A stretch of 63,385 nucleotides of DNA, counting the filler, from Chrysochromulina tobinii (taxonomy: Eukaryota): the NCBI GenBank assembly GCA_001275005.1. It is 5 parts of 5 records of this genome, joined end to end, with 100 filler letters (N's around TTAATTAATTAA, not from the genome) between each part and the next. Parts side by side here need not be neighbours in the genome. Positions count along the whole stretch, not along the records: positions 25,010 to 37,431 come from JWZX01001304.1; positions 37,532 to 57,102 come from JWZX01001306.1; 3 more parts are not named here. One strand, written 5' to 3'. This document shows positions 30,141 to 39,232 of this stretch, one piece after another. The notes beneath the pieces were generated by a model, which was given only the letters and a program-made list of their open reading frames with translations, was not told the DNA's origin and did no database searches. Position numbers and translations under genes: made by a program. Numbering within the stretch: position 1 is the stretch's first letter; each line of letters begins with the position of its first letter.

Positions 30141-32780
30141 CTACCAAAGGGAGCTATCTTCCTCCTTCTCTTGCGAGCAACAAACAAAGAGATTGAAAAG
30201 CAAAGTGCCGAGGCACAGCCCCTTGCAATCCACGTCCTCGTCGCCCCCCCTCGGATCGCACCCCAGCTGCGGGCACAAGGCCATGTGGAGGTACGCCGGC
30301 AGAAAGTACCACCGATCCGTGGGCACGCAGCCAAAGATCGCCTCGCCGTCCGCCGAGACGCAGCAGCACGGCGCCAGTGGCTTGCAGCAGTCGGCGCAGG
30401 GGCCGCGAAAGTGCTTGACCTGCTCTGGCGTCCCGCATCCAGAGATGCAGGAGAGGCAAGTACCACCGGGCGGTTGCGGGCCGCCGAGACGCACGTATCC
30501 ATGCTCCGTGCACACACAGCATCCAGAGAGGCACGATCCGGCGGCCGAACGCAAGGCTTGCAGCGACGCCGCTCGAGCGGCGGATGCCAGAGCCGCTTGC
30601 GCGGCCGACAGCTCCGCGGCGGTCGCAACGGTGCACGTGAGCGCCGGCTGCGCGGCCCACGCAGAGCCCGTCCACGCTTGCCATGTCGCGGAGCTCGCAT
30701 CCGGGCTGGCAGCAGCTTCGTCCGTGAGCATCAGAGCGCCCCTCTTCTGACCAAGGTCGGCCTCAGGCTGCCCACGCCAGTCAGCTCCGTCGAATGCAAC
30801 CCAGCAGCGTCCGTCCGTGTGCTTCCACGTGGGCCGGCCGTTTACACGCTTATTGCCGTCGAGCATGTAGATGCCCACGTACTCGGCCGCGGCGCCATAC
30901 AGCGAGCCGCCCTCGAGCTTGAGCCCAGGCGGCGGCGGCGGCGTCCACGGGATGCACTTGAGCTGCGGCTGCGCGGCCCCCGCAGCGCCTGGAACCTTGG
31001 CCGCGAGCCACGTCGCAGAACTCGCCCCCGGGCTGGCCGCATCCGCGTCCGGGAGCAGCAAAAGGCCCCACCTCTGGCCAAGGTCGGACTCGGGCTGCCC
31101 ACGCCAGTTGACTCCGTCGAATGCGAGCCAACACGTGAGATGCGCCGTGTGCCGCCACACGGGCCGGCCGTTTACGAGCCTGCTGCCGTCGAGACGGTAC
31201 TCGCCCATGAACTCGGCCGCGTCGCCGGGCAGCGAGCCGCCCTCGAGCTTCAGCCCACGAGGCGGCGGCGGCGTCCAAGGGATGCACTTGAGCTGCGGCT
31301 GCCCAGCCCACGCAGTGCCCATCCACGCTTGCCACATCGCAGGACTCGCGTCCGGGGAGGCGGCCGCTGCGTCGGAGAGCTGCAGATCGCCCCGCCCCTG
31401 ACCAAGCCTCGACTCCACCTGTCCCATCCAGCGAGCGCCGTCGAATGCAAGCCAGAGCGATGCATCCACGGTGTGCTGCCACGCCGGCCGACCGTTGACA
31501 AGCTTGCCGTCGACGAGTAGGAACTTGCCGAGGTACTTGGCACGATCTCCGGCCAGCGAGCCGCCCTCGAGCTTGAGCCCGGGCGGCGGCGATAGGACCC
31601 GCACCTCGTCCCACGCGTGCCCCGCGGTCCACGTGGCTCCGTCGGGCCTCACCTGAAGCGGCGCCACGGAGACCACCGTGCCGACTTGCCAGCTTTCGCC
31701 GCGGTCGCGGCACTCGACGCGTTCGTTGAGCTTGAAGCTGTGCGATGGGGGCTGCGGCGTGGGCTTGGAGGCAGCGGCGTTCCCCGTCGTCGCACCCTCG
31801 CGATCCATGACCAAGGGGTTGATTCCGAACAAGCTCCCCACCTTGTCGCGTGCAGAGTCGAAGAGCTGCGAAAGCGGGCCGTCGGCATTTCGCAGATCTT
31901 GGTCGAAGCACGTACCTAGCTCGCCGGAGCCACGCTCTCCGAGCTCCACCACGTACGCGCCCTTCGCCGCGTCGTACGTCGTCACATGGCCGAGACGCTT
32001 CTCTCCGTGGCCTTGATCCACGTATACGCGGCTGCCGACGGGGAAGCGCGGCCCACCTGACGGCCCACCGGAGGGTTTGGTGGGCGGAGGCGGCTGCGGC
32101 GTGGGCGTGCTCGTGGCAGGGCTCGCCGGTGCCGGAAGAAGTTTCTCGAGCTCCGCCACGATGTCTTCCAGGGCTGTGGCTCTGTTGAGCACCGTGCCGG
32201 GGTTGGGGATGTTATTGAGCTTGTTAAGTTTGGCTTGTGCGCGAAATTTCATCATCTCCCACTCCTGGTCCTCGAGGTTCGTCCACTGCTCCTCTTTGGC
32301 GGGCAATTTGTCCTCAAAGCGCACTGGTAGAAGAGCGATCTTATTCTCGATGGCAGTGCTGATCTCTTTCAGGCACGGCTTGGACTGGAACAATCCCGCG
32401 GTGAGGATGATGATTAGCACCTTCGGCTTCTCACGCTTCCCATTCTCGCCATTCAGGCGCAGCATAAAGGTCTCCCAGTCCACGCCCGGGGGCACTTGTA
32501 GCCCAGAGAAGCACTGCAGGCCGCGCTCGTGGAGGAACTCCATCAGCCCCTTGGCGTATATCACGCCGGGCCCGGAGCCTTCGCAGTCGTCTGCAGCGTC
32601 TTTGCGATTCGTACGGCGACCCGATGCATACGACAGAACAATGGAGGGGAAGTAATCCTTGTACTGGACGCCTTTGGGGAGCTGCATGCGTGCTTGGCGC
32701 TTGCATCCTTCCAACTGTTCGATTGTGATCGCGCGTGGCACAACGAAGCGGTCCCCATGCGCCTCAGGGAGAAATTCCAT
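30141..32780 (-). CDS. TIR-like domain protein with Tudor/Agenet-like segments, three ~110-aa tandem repeats and a Cys-rich C-terminus
   Basis: IVLSYASG..FSGLQVPPGVDW..KVLIIILTAGLFQSKPCLKEI..LLPVRFE (TIR-like, with the conserved Glu); FPVGSRVYV and FKLNERVECRD..WQVGTV; 3x PPPGLKLEGGSL..VNGRP.W.H..WLAFDG..W.GQ..QPQLKC. Confidence 0.75.
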   Translation of the reverse strand: MEFLPEAHGDRFVVPRAITIEQLEGCKRQARMQLPKGVQYKDYFPSIVLSYASGRRTNRKDAADDCEGSGPGVIYAKGLMEFLHERGLQCFSGLQVPPGVDWETFMLRLNGENGKREKPKVLIIILTAGLFQSKPCLKEISTAIENKIALLPVRFEDKLPAKEEQWTNLEDQEWEMMKFRAQAKLNKLNNIPNPGTVLNRATALEDIVAELEKLLPAPASPATSTPTPQPPPPTKPSGGPSGGPRFPVGSRVYVDQGHGEKRLGHVTTYDAAKGAYVVELGERGSGELGTCFDQDLRNADGPLSQLFDSARDKVGSLFGINPLVMDREGATTGNAAASKPTPQPPSHSFKLNERVECRDRGESWQVGTVVSVAPLQVRPDGATWTAGHAWDEVRVLSPPPGLKLEGGSLAGDRAKYLGKFLLVDGKLVNGRPAWQHTVDASLWLAFDGARWMGQVESRLGQGRGDLQLSDAAAASPDASPAMWQAWMGTAWAGQPQLKCIPWTPPPPRGLKLEGGSLPGDAAEFMGEYRLDGSRLVNGRPVWRHTAHLTCWLAFDGVNWRGQPESDLGQRWGLLLLPDADAASPGASSATWLAAKVPGAAGAAQPQLKCIPWTPPPPPGLKLEGGSLYGAAAEYVGIYMLDGNKRVNGRPTWKHTDGRCWVAFDGADWRGQPEADLGQKRGALMLTDEAAASPDASSATWQAWTGSAWAAQPALTCTVATAAELSAAQAALASAARAASLQALRSAAGSCLSGCCVCTEHGYVRLGGPQPPGGTCLSCISGCGTPEQVKHFRGPCADCCKPLAPCCCVSADGEAIFGCVPTDRWYFLPAYLHMALCPQLGCDPRGGDEDVDCKGLCLGTLLFNLFVCCSQEKEEDSSLW

Positions 32781-32988
32781 GCGTGCCGCCCGTCGCGTGC
32801 CGTGGAGAGTCGCCCCCACCCAAAGGGGTCAAAGGCTCGCGCATCATTCCAAATCGCCTTGAACTACGGTATCTGTGCTCAGGGCAACGCGTTTCGTCAG
32901 AGCCACACACGTAACGGTTAGTACGGCGGTGGTCAAAATAGGACGTAGTTAATTGCGCGAATCTAGCGCGAATCGTCATCGCTGGTCC

Positions 32989-35535
32989 CTATCCTCTAGA
33001 GTCCCCCACGCGCGAGTGCATGAGGCGTTCTTGCAGGAGGCTGTTGATCGAGAAGACAGGTGAGCCGTCGCCATCGGGTGGAGCGGTTGTGTTGCGTGTA
33101 TCGCGTACTGGTGTCAACGTGGGCGCGCTGACACCCGTCCGCAGGTTGGCGCGTGATTGCGAAGGACGTAGCCATCGAGCAGGCGCTCCAGCACCATCCA
33201 TCATCTTCTCGATCTGTTCGACCGACAATGCGTCAAAGTCAAAGTGTGGAGGAGCGCGTAGTGGCCTGAGTGGGCGCGGTGGAACGGACTGTTCTCGCTC
33301 AGACTTATCGATGGTCGTACGGAGGGTAGGGTCCATCATGATATTAGCGAGAATGTGCTTCATGTATGGGTCAAGTTCGATGGCCCGACATAAGTTGCCT
33401 AAGCGCTGTTCAAGCAGACGCAGGTCGTGGTCGAGTTGTGCGCCGCCGCGGGCGCCCGTGGCCATGCGAATGTAGCGCTGATCCATCAACTCGAGCACCG
33501 ACGTGATCGTGTGAGCGTCCGGCGCCTCGTGCTTCGCTCCAGGCGAGGGCGCAACCGTTGACGTCGATTGACTGACGATACCTGAGCCATCTGCGGGAAG
33601 AAGGTATTCAGTGGTCACCAGGTGCGAGCTATAGTGTGGCCGAATGCTATCCGCACGCAGCTGCATCTCCTGAAACCATGTTGAGCCCACACTGCGCAGC
33701 CCTGCCAGCAACTGCGCGTCGCGATCTCGCCTCGCCTTGGTCTCGAGCTTCTTCTTGAGGTTGGGCTCGTGCAGTACCTCCCACACTTTCTTCCAACGGC
33801 GCCAGCCCTTTGACAGGCTGACATTCCGTCGCGAGCTTTCCGCGAGCTGCAGCTTTGCATTGGCCTCCTTAACAGCTAGCACCCAGGCCTCGAAGCAGGT
33901 CCACAACGCCCGGAACAGCATGCGTTTGATCACCTGCTTCACGCGCTGCTCATTCTGGCGCTCAGCCTCGCGCTTCAGCCGATCCTCCTCAAGCTTTCGA
34001 GAACGCTCTGCCTCCAATTTGAATTGCTCCAGCATGCGCTCCTCTAGCAATCGTGCCTCTGCCATCCGCTCGTCCAGATCGATGGGTAGCCTCGCCACCT
34101 TTCGCTCGAGGAAGACGACTTCCTTGGTGATCACATCGAGCGCTAGTCCTTTGGCGTCGAGGTACGCCTCGATGTTCGCCGCAAGCCGCGAATCGATGAG
34201 ACCGAGTTGACGCACCTCCCGTACGTGCGCTGCCCAGGTGGAGTACGTGATGAAAAGGATGCGACCTGGGCCGATGGCGTAAGTGGCGCGACGTTTGATG
34301 CGCTTGAGTTCCTTTTCAAAGGCAGTCCATGCGTCGAAGCATTTCCCGAGCAGGCCGTTGATCATTCGAGCGGCATGCTGCTTCGCGCGCGCGATCTGCT
34401 GTTTCTGCTCAACCACCTGGCCCTTCCATCGCTCAAACGCGAGGGTAAGTGTGCGGTTGACCATTCTGTTGCCTACCCTGCGCAGCACCTCTCGGCGCGA
34501 GTTGACGGTTGCCTGCACGTCGTCACGCCAAGCCTCGAAAGACAAAACCACGGCGAGATTGCGAAGACGGGCCGTGACTCGCGCCATCTGCTCACGCTGC
34601 CACTTTGCTGCCTGCGTGGCATGATGCCATCCCTCGAAGGCCACGTGAAGCAGTCGATTGCGCATGCGGACGAGAACCTTCAACACAGCTGCGCGGTGCG
34701 CCTTTGCAGTCTCGACCGCGTCGCGCCAGGTCTCGAAGGCGATGGCGGAATGGCGATTGCGCATGCGCTGTACAGCACGAGCGGCGACTTCCCACTGTCT
34801 TCTCACGTCCTCCCACACGGATTTCCATGCATCGAATGAGCGCGCTACCACGCGATTGCGCATGCGTCCCAGCGCCTTGGCCACAATCTGCCTTTGCTCC
34901 TGCGCTTCCGCCACCACCTCGCGCCACCTCTTCCACACCATGGACAGCTGCGCGTTTAACAAGTGCCGCGCGGTGCGATTGAGAAGCTCGCGTTGTCCCT
35001 TGACTACCTTGCACCATCCATCAAAGGCGACGGAAAGGATGCCATGGTGCCAGCGTCGCACCACTGCCTCCAACTTACGCTCGCGGTCGCGCAAGGATGC
35101 GCCGTGCACCTGGTCCAGCACCTCCTCGAGGCTGGTCACGCGCGCAGAGAGGTAGACCATTCCACCCATCATCTGGCGCAAAATGCCTTCAAGAATAGGG
35201 TCGTATTTGGACTTGAAGTGGTCCGCGATCAGGCCCAGGTCGAGATGCTCATCAGAGTCCGACCTGGGTGAGCCTAGTCGCTCCTGGGGCGCATTGGGTC
35301 GCGTGAGCCCGAAGCGTGAGCGAAGCGAGGCCCACGCAGAATCGCTTGCCTCGTACCCAAGTGCACCCGCATTTACAGTGAACTCCCCGCGTGAGAGCTG
35401 TGCGCTGCCGTCTGTATCAAAAATGCCGAGCAACGCAACCGCCAGCCCCTTCACGCCTGTGGATTCGCATGCGGCCAACATGTCTACCGAAGGTGGGATG
35501 CGCCGTCCCGTTCGCTTCTGCTTCTTGACCGCCAT
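32989..35535 (-). CDS. Sfi1-like (centrin-binding repeat) coiled-coil protein with N-terminal EF-hand-like motif
   Basis: About nine ~33-aa repeats of RMRNRxxxxAFxxW, and DTDGSAQLSRGEF near the N-terminus. Confidence 0.75.
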   Translation of the reverse strand: MAVKKQKRTGRRIPPSVDMLAACESTGVKGLAVALLGIFDTDGSAQLSRGEFTVNAGALGYEASDSAWASLRSRFGLTRPNAPQERLGSPRSDSDEHLDLGLIADHFKSKYDPILEGILRQMMGGMVYLSARVTSLEEVLDQVHGASLRDRERKLEAVVRRWHHGILSVAFDGWCKVVKGQRELLNRTARHLLNAQLSMVWKRWREVVAEAQEQRQIVAKALGRMRNRVVARSFDAWKSVWEDVRRQWEVAARAVQRMRNRHSAIAFETWRDAVETAKAHRAAVLKVLVRMRNRLLHVAFEGWHHATQAAKWQREQMARVTARLRNLAVVLSFEAWRDDVQATVNSRREVLRRVGNRMVNRTLTLAFERWKGQVVEQKQQIARAKQHAARMINGLLGKCFDAWTAFEKELKRIKRRATYAIGPGRILFITYSTWAAHVREVRQLGLIDSRLAANIEAYLDAKGLALDVITKEVVFLERKVARLPIDLDERMAEARLLEERMLEQFKLEAERSRKLEEDRLKREAERQNEQRVKQVIKRMLFRALWTCFEAWVLAVKEANAKLQLAESSRRNVSLSKGWRRWKKVWEVLHEPNLKKKLETKARRDRDAQLLAGLRSVGSTWFQEMQLRADSIRPHYSSHLVTTEYLLPADGSGIVSQSTSTVAPSPGAKHEAPDAHTITSVLELMDQRYIRMATGARGGAQLDHDLRLLEQRLGNLCRAIELDPYMKHILANIMMDPTLRTTIDKSEREQSVPPRPLRPLRAPPHFDFDALSVEQIEKMMDGAGAPARWLRPSQSRANLRTGVSAPTLTPVRDTRNTTAPPDGDGSPVFSINSLLQERLMHSRVGDSRG

Positions 35536-35790
35536 GTTGCCAGTTGAAACGCGGCCTGAGCGACAGGCCAAGAGTCGCCGCAGGGCGCACGATCAGTCCA
35601 ACTTGTAGTACAAGAAAAGCACGAGAGGACTATCGTCGCGCAGTCCGCGCGCGCGGGCGCGGGGAGTGGTTTGTTTCTACAGTACAAATTGAAACCGTTT
35701 TCGGCGCCCGGCATGACGCCTTACATAAGGTAGAAATTGATTCAAAGGAGGGGGTAGGTTCACATCTGAACTGGAGCGTTAACAGCGCGG

Positions 35791-37272
35791 CTAATCCGCC
35801 TGCCACCACTCCGCAACGAAGCCCACTAAGATGAAACGAACGCCCTCGCTCACAGTGCAGCCCCCGTGCAGCAGCTGACCGCAGTGCAGCAAGCAGTCGC
35901 CCTGACCACCGCGCACGAGCGTCGTCACCGTAGTCTCTGCCGCCGACATCGCGTCAACCCCGACCTCTTGCTGCCTCCTTGCTGCCTCGGCACTGGGCCA
36001 GGTGCAGAGCTGCGTGGGCGTATTGAAGCATGTGCCGCCACCTGCAAAGGAGCTCGCGTCGTTTAGTGTGACATTGAAGGAGAACATGGTGCCGTCGCGG
36101 TGCATGGCGAGTGCCGGCTGGCCGGCCGGCTCGTATCGCACGCCGAAGCACTCATGCAACCGGAGCGCCGTGTCGGGCACTCCAAAGCACGAGCTCATCG
36201 TCGGCCCCAAAACGGAAGCCATCCGTTCGAAGACAAATGATGCCGCCGCGGGAGCACGCCACACCGGCACGTCCTCGGTCGCGTAGTGCTTATGGCGCGC
36301 GTGCTGCCACCCATAGTATGCAGCCGCCTGCTGCAGCTGCCCGAGCAGCCATTCACACTCGGATGGTGTGAAGAGCCCTCGCACCAGATGAACGGCCTGC
36401 AGCCGCCGCCGCCCCGCGAGAGTGAGACGCTCCCGCTCCCGCTCCACGTACGTCATCTCGAGCAGCGAGCGCTGCACGGCCGCCTCGCGTGGCTCGCACA
36501 CGCCGCCCGCCGCACGCACGGCGCGCACCATGGCCCGCAGCTGTTCAGCGTCTTCTTCTCGCTCAGCGTCGGTACGTGACGGGTCGACAGCCCGCGCCTC
36601 CTCTTCAGCGGCGTCGGCCACCGCCTCGGCGGCCTGCGCGAGCTCGAGCGCAAGTGCTGCGTGCCCTCGAATCCAGGCCGCTTGGGCCGGGTAGCAGCCG
36701 TCCCAGTCGGCGACCGCTGCGACCACCGGGCACGCCACAAGCAGCCGGCGCACCGCTAGACAAGCGCCGTGTTGAGCCGCCACATGAAGAGGCGTACGCC
36801 CGCCCGCGTCGGCCTTTGTGGTGCCGTCCTGGCTTCGTGCACGCGGGCTCGCGCCTGCATGGAGCAGCGCCTCTAACAAGGGTAAGCTGCGGTCGCTGCT
36901 CGCGGCTCGGTGCACGGGCGAGAGGCCACCGAGATGTGTGCATTCCAATTGATCGCGCTCCACAAGGCCGCTGGAGAGAAGCCTGAGGCCGAGGTCATTG
37001 AGCCCGTGCCTCGCGCAGAAACTAAGTGGATGCTGTTCGTCAGGCCATGGGAGTGCATGCAAATTCCGCTTCGTGCCACCGTCTACCTCATCCACTACCG
37101 CTTTGAGCTGCTCGGCGATCGCTTGGATGGCGTGCGACTCGCTCGAGCACGCCATGCTGGTGTGAAACGCGAGTGCGCGGTCCATGAGACCAACGGCACG
37201 GCCGACGAAGTCCTCGGCAAGAAGGCAGCCGCCGCAGGCGGAGCATGTGCGGATTACTTGGCGACGCGGCAT
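35791..37272 (-). CDS. Ankyrin-repeat + 2OG-Fe(II) oxygenase (prolyl/lysyl hydroxylase-like) protein
   Basis: GLSPVHRAA and GRTPLHVAAQHG ankyrin motifs; HRDGTMFSFNVTLN..GGGT..LLHGG..GVRFILVGF (HxD...H...R). Confidence 0.85.
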   Translation of the reverse strand: MPRRQVIRTCSACGGCLLAEDFVGRAVGLMDRALAFHTSMACSSESHAIQAIAEQLKAVVDEVDGGTKRNLHALPWPDEQHPLSFCARHGLNDLGLRLLSSGLVERDQLECTHLGGLSPVHRAASSDRSLPLLEALLHAGASPRARSQDGTTKADAGGRTPLHVAAQHGACLAVRRLLVACPVVAAVADWDGCYPAQAAWIRGHAALALELAQAAEAVADAAEEEARAVDPSRTDAEREEDAEQLRAMVRAVRAAGGVCEPREAAVQRSLLEMTYVERERERLTLAGRRRLQAVHLVRGLFTPSECEWLLGQLQQAAAYYGWQHARHKHYATEDVPVWRAPAAASFVFERMASVLGPTMSSCFGVPDTALRLHECFGVRYEPAGQPALAMHRDGTMFSFNVTLNDASSFAGGGTCFNTPTQLCTWPSAEAARRQQEVGVDAMSAAETTVTTLVRGGQGDCLLHCGQLLHGGCTVSEGVRFILVGFVAEWWQAD

Positions 37273-37431
37273 CGCAGAGGACCACTCCGACGAGGAGGCG
37301 GCCGAAGGCGTCCACGCACTCGTGAACTTGACGTGAAACAGGAATCACGCCGCGCTCCGCGCGCCGTACCAGGCGTTCACACAACACACACTCGGGTAGC
37401 TCACTGAGCTCTTCCTCACTACGAGGGGATG

Positions 37432-37531
37432 NNNNNNNNNNNNNNNNNNNNNNNNNNNNNNNNNNNNNNNNNNNNTTAATTAATTAANNNNNNNNNNNNN
37501 NNNNNNNNNNNNNNNNNNNNNNNNNNNNNNN
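37432..37531. other. Artificial contig linker
   Basis: 44 N + TTAATTAATTAA + 44 N. Confidence 0.97.
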
Positions 37532-38225
37532 CCCCTTTCCCCCCCCCCCCCCCCCCCCCCCTGGAGGGCTCCTCGGGGCTGGAGTGAGGGGCGTCGGGGA
37601 GCGTCGTATGATCGATCATCTATTTGCGCCTCATTGGCGACTTGTGCGAGTCAGCATCGAACATGCAGGGAGGAGGGTGCGGGGTCTCCACATTATTTGT
37701 GATCCAGCGTTTGGTGCACTCGAACCCGCGTGGTGCCGACGCCAGCAACACAGAGACAGGAGGTGGGCTTTCGCAACCTCTGTCGGCGCGGTAGACGGCG
37801 TTCGCGTTATGTCAGGGGCCGCTTGCTGTGTGGAGGGGCGGTGTGTATTCTCGTTTCTCCTAGCGTTGTTGGAGTAGCGGAGCGTCGCGGCCGTCGCGTT
37901 CGACGCGACGGACCGGCGGCGCGGATCGGTATGATATCTGAGTGTGTGCCTTCGGGTTCGCGCGTGAATTATAAAGCGAAGGAGTTATCATCTGATAAGG
38001 ACCGGGACCCGGACGCCGCGCGCCGCGGGGCGCGAGACACCCGCAAGATGCCGGCCGCAACGCGCACATCGAAAAGACAGGGCGACGTCGCGGGGTAATG
38101 CCGTGGGTCGAGTCAGGCGAGAGAAGGAGAGCGATGCATGGCGCCGAAGCTGGATCGCTGGCTCCCTTGCAGCGCCTCACTTGGGCGGCGCACTGCGTGC
38201 GTAGGGCGCAATCTTTGTGGCGGTT

Positions 38226-39092
38226 TCATGGCGGCGGGGCTTCCTCCTCCGTTGCGGCGAGGTCAATCGCAGTGCTCTCCTCGGGCGCCTGGCTGCTGCT
38301 GCTGAACATCATCTCGAACTCCATCCAGCTGATCTCGCCGTCGCCGTCGAGGTCCATCATCGCGTGCGCCGAGTCCGCGTCAGCGCCCAGCAAGCTCTGC
38401 AGGTCGTAATCCGCAAGGAGACCCGCCTTGAGCTCAGCCTTGCTCAAGGTCCCCATGCCGTCCGCGTCGAGCTGGTCGAAGATGGCACGGGCACGTGCCA
38501 GCATCGGCGCGGCCATGTCGGCCTCCGCCGCCATGTCGTCCAGGTTGTCCTGGTCGTCCGCCGCCGCCTCCTCGCCATCGGCGTCATCCCTGGTCACGGC
38601 CGCCCGGCGCACGGCGCGGCCGCGAATGCCCGCCTGCACCTTGGTGGCGGCTGCATTTTCGGCGGCTATCTGCTTCCGCACATTTCGGCTGCGCTGTACT
38701 GCCTGCAAGCTCGTCGCTGCTTTAGCCTGTTCACCCCTCATAACTTGAGCAGCATGCCTGCGAGCGGAGGCCTGCATGCGAACGGCCGCGGCCTCGCGCG
38801 CGGCAGCCTCCTGCTCGTAGGAAAGATTCGCTTCAATAGCGCTCACATCCTCGAGCGGCGCACGCTCTTCAGCTGCTGCAAGAAACCGCTCAAGCATTGC
38901 TGCGCCCTCCTTACTGTGCGTCGGGTTGTTCCTCATGAGCCACTGGGCCAAGTAGGTGGTGGCGGATGAGTGCATCATGCCCTGCTTTGATTTGTACTCG
39001 CGGAGCGTGGCTTCGAGGCCCATCTCGAGCATCGCGAGCACGCCCTTCTCGGCCAGATACGTGTTGTCAAAGGCGGCATTGGAGCCGATCAT
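38226..39092 (-). CDS. Dpy-30/RIIa-like dimerisation motif + IQ motifs + EF-hand protein
   Basis: YLAEKGVLAMLEMGL..YLAQWLMRNNP; three IQ-like motifs (AAVRMQASARR, ATSLQAVQRSRNVRK, ATKVQAGIRGRAVRR); DADGMGTLSKAE and DLDGDGEISWMEF. Confidence 0.8.
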   Translation of the reverse strand: MIGSNAAFDNTYLAEKGVLAMLEMGLEATLREYKSKQGMMHSSATTYLAQWLMRNNPTHSKEGAAMLERFLAAAEERAPLEDVSAIEANLSYEQEAAAREAAAVRMQASARRHAAQVMRGEQAKAATSLQAVQRSRNVRKQIAAENAAATKVQAGIRGRAVRRAAVTRDDADGEEAAADDQDNLDDMAAEADMAAPMLARARAIFDQLDADGMGTLSKAELKAGLLADYDLQSLLGADADSAHAMMDLDGDGEISWMEFEMMFSSSSQAPEESTAIDLAATEEEAPPP

Positions 39093-39232
39093 CCCCGAGG
39101 CGGGCTCCAAGCAGCGTCGTGGGCGAATCAAGACAAGTCAAGTCAAGTTGTCAGCGATAAGATTATGTCTTGGGAGTCGGTGTTTCGTTATTAACTCCCA
39201 GAGCGTCCCTTCTCCACCTACTTTACCGGCGG

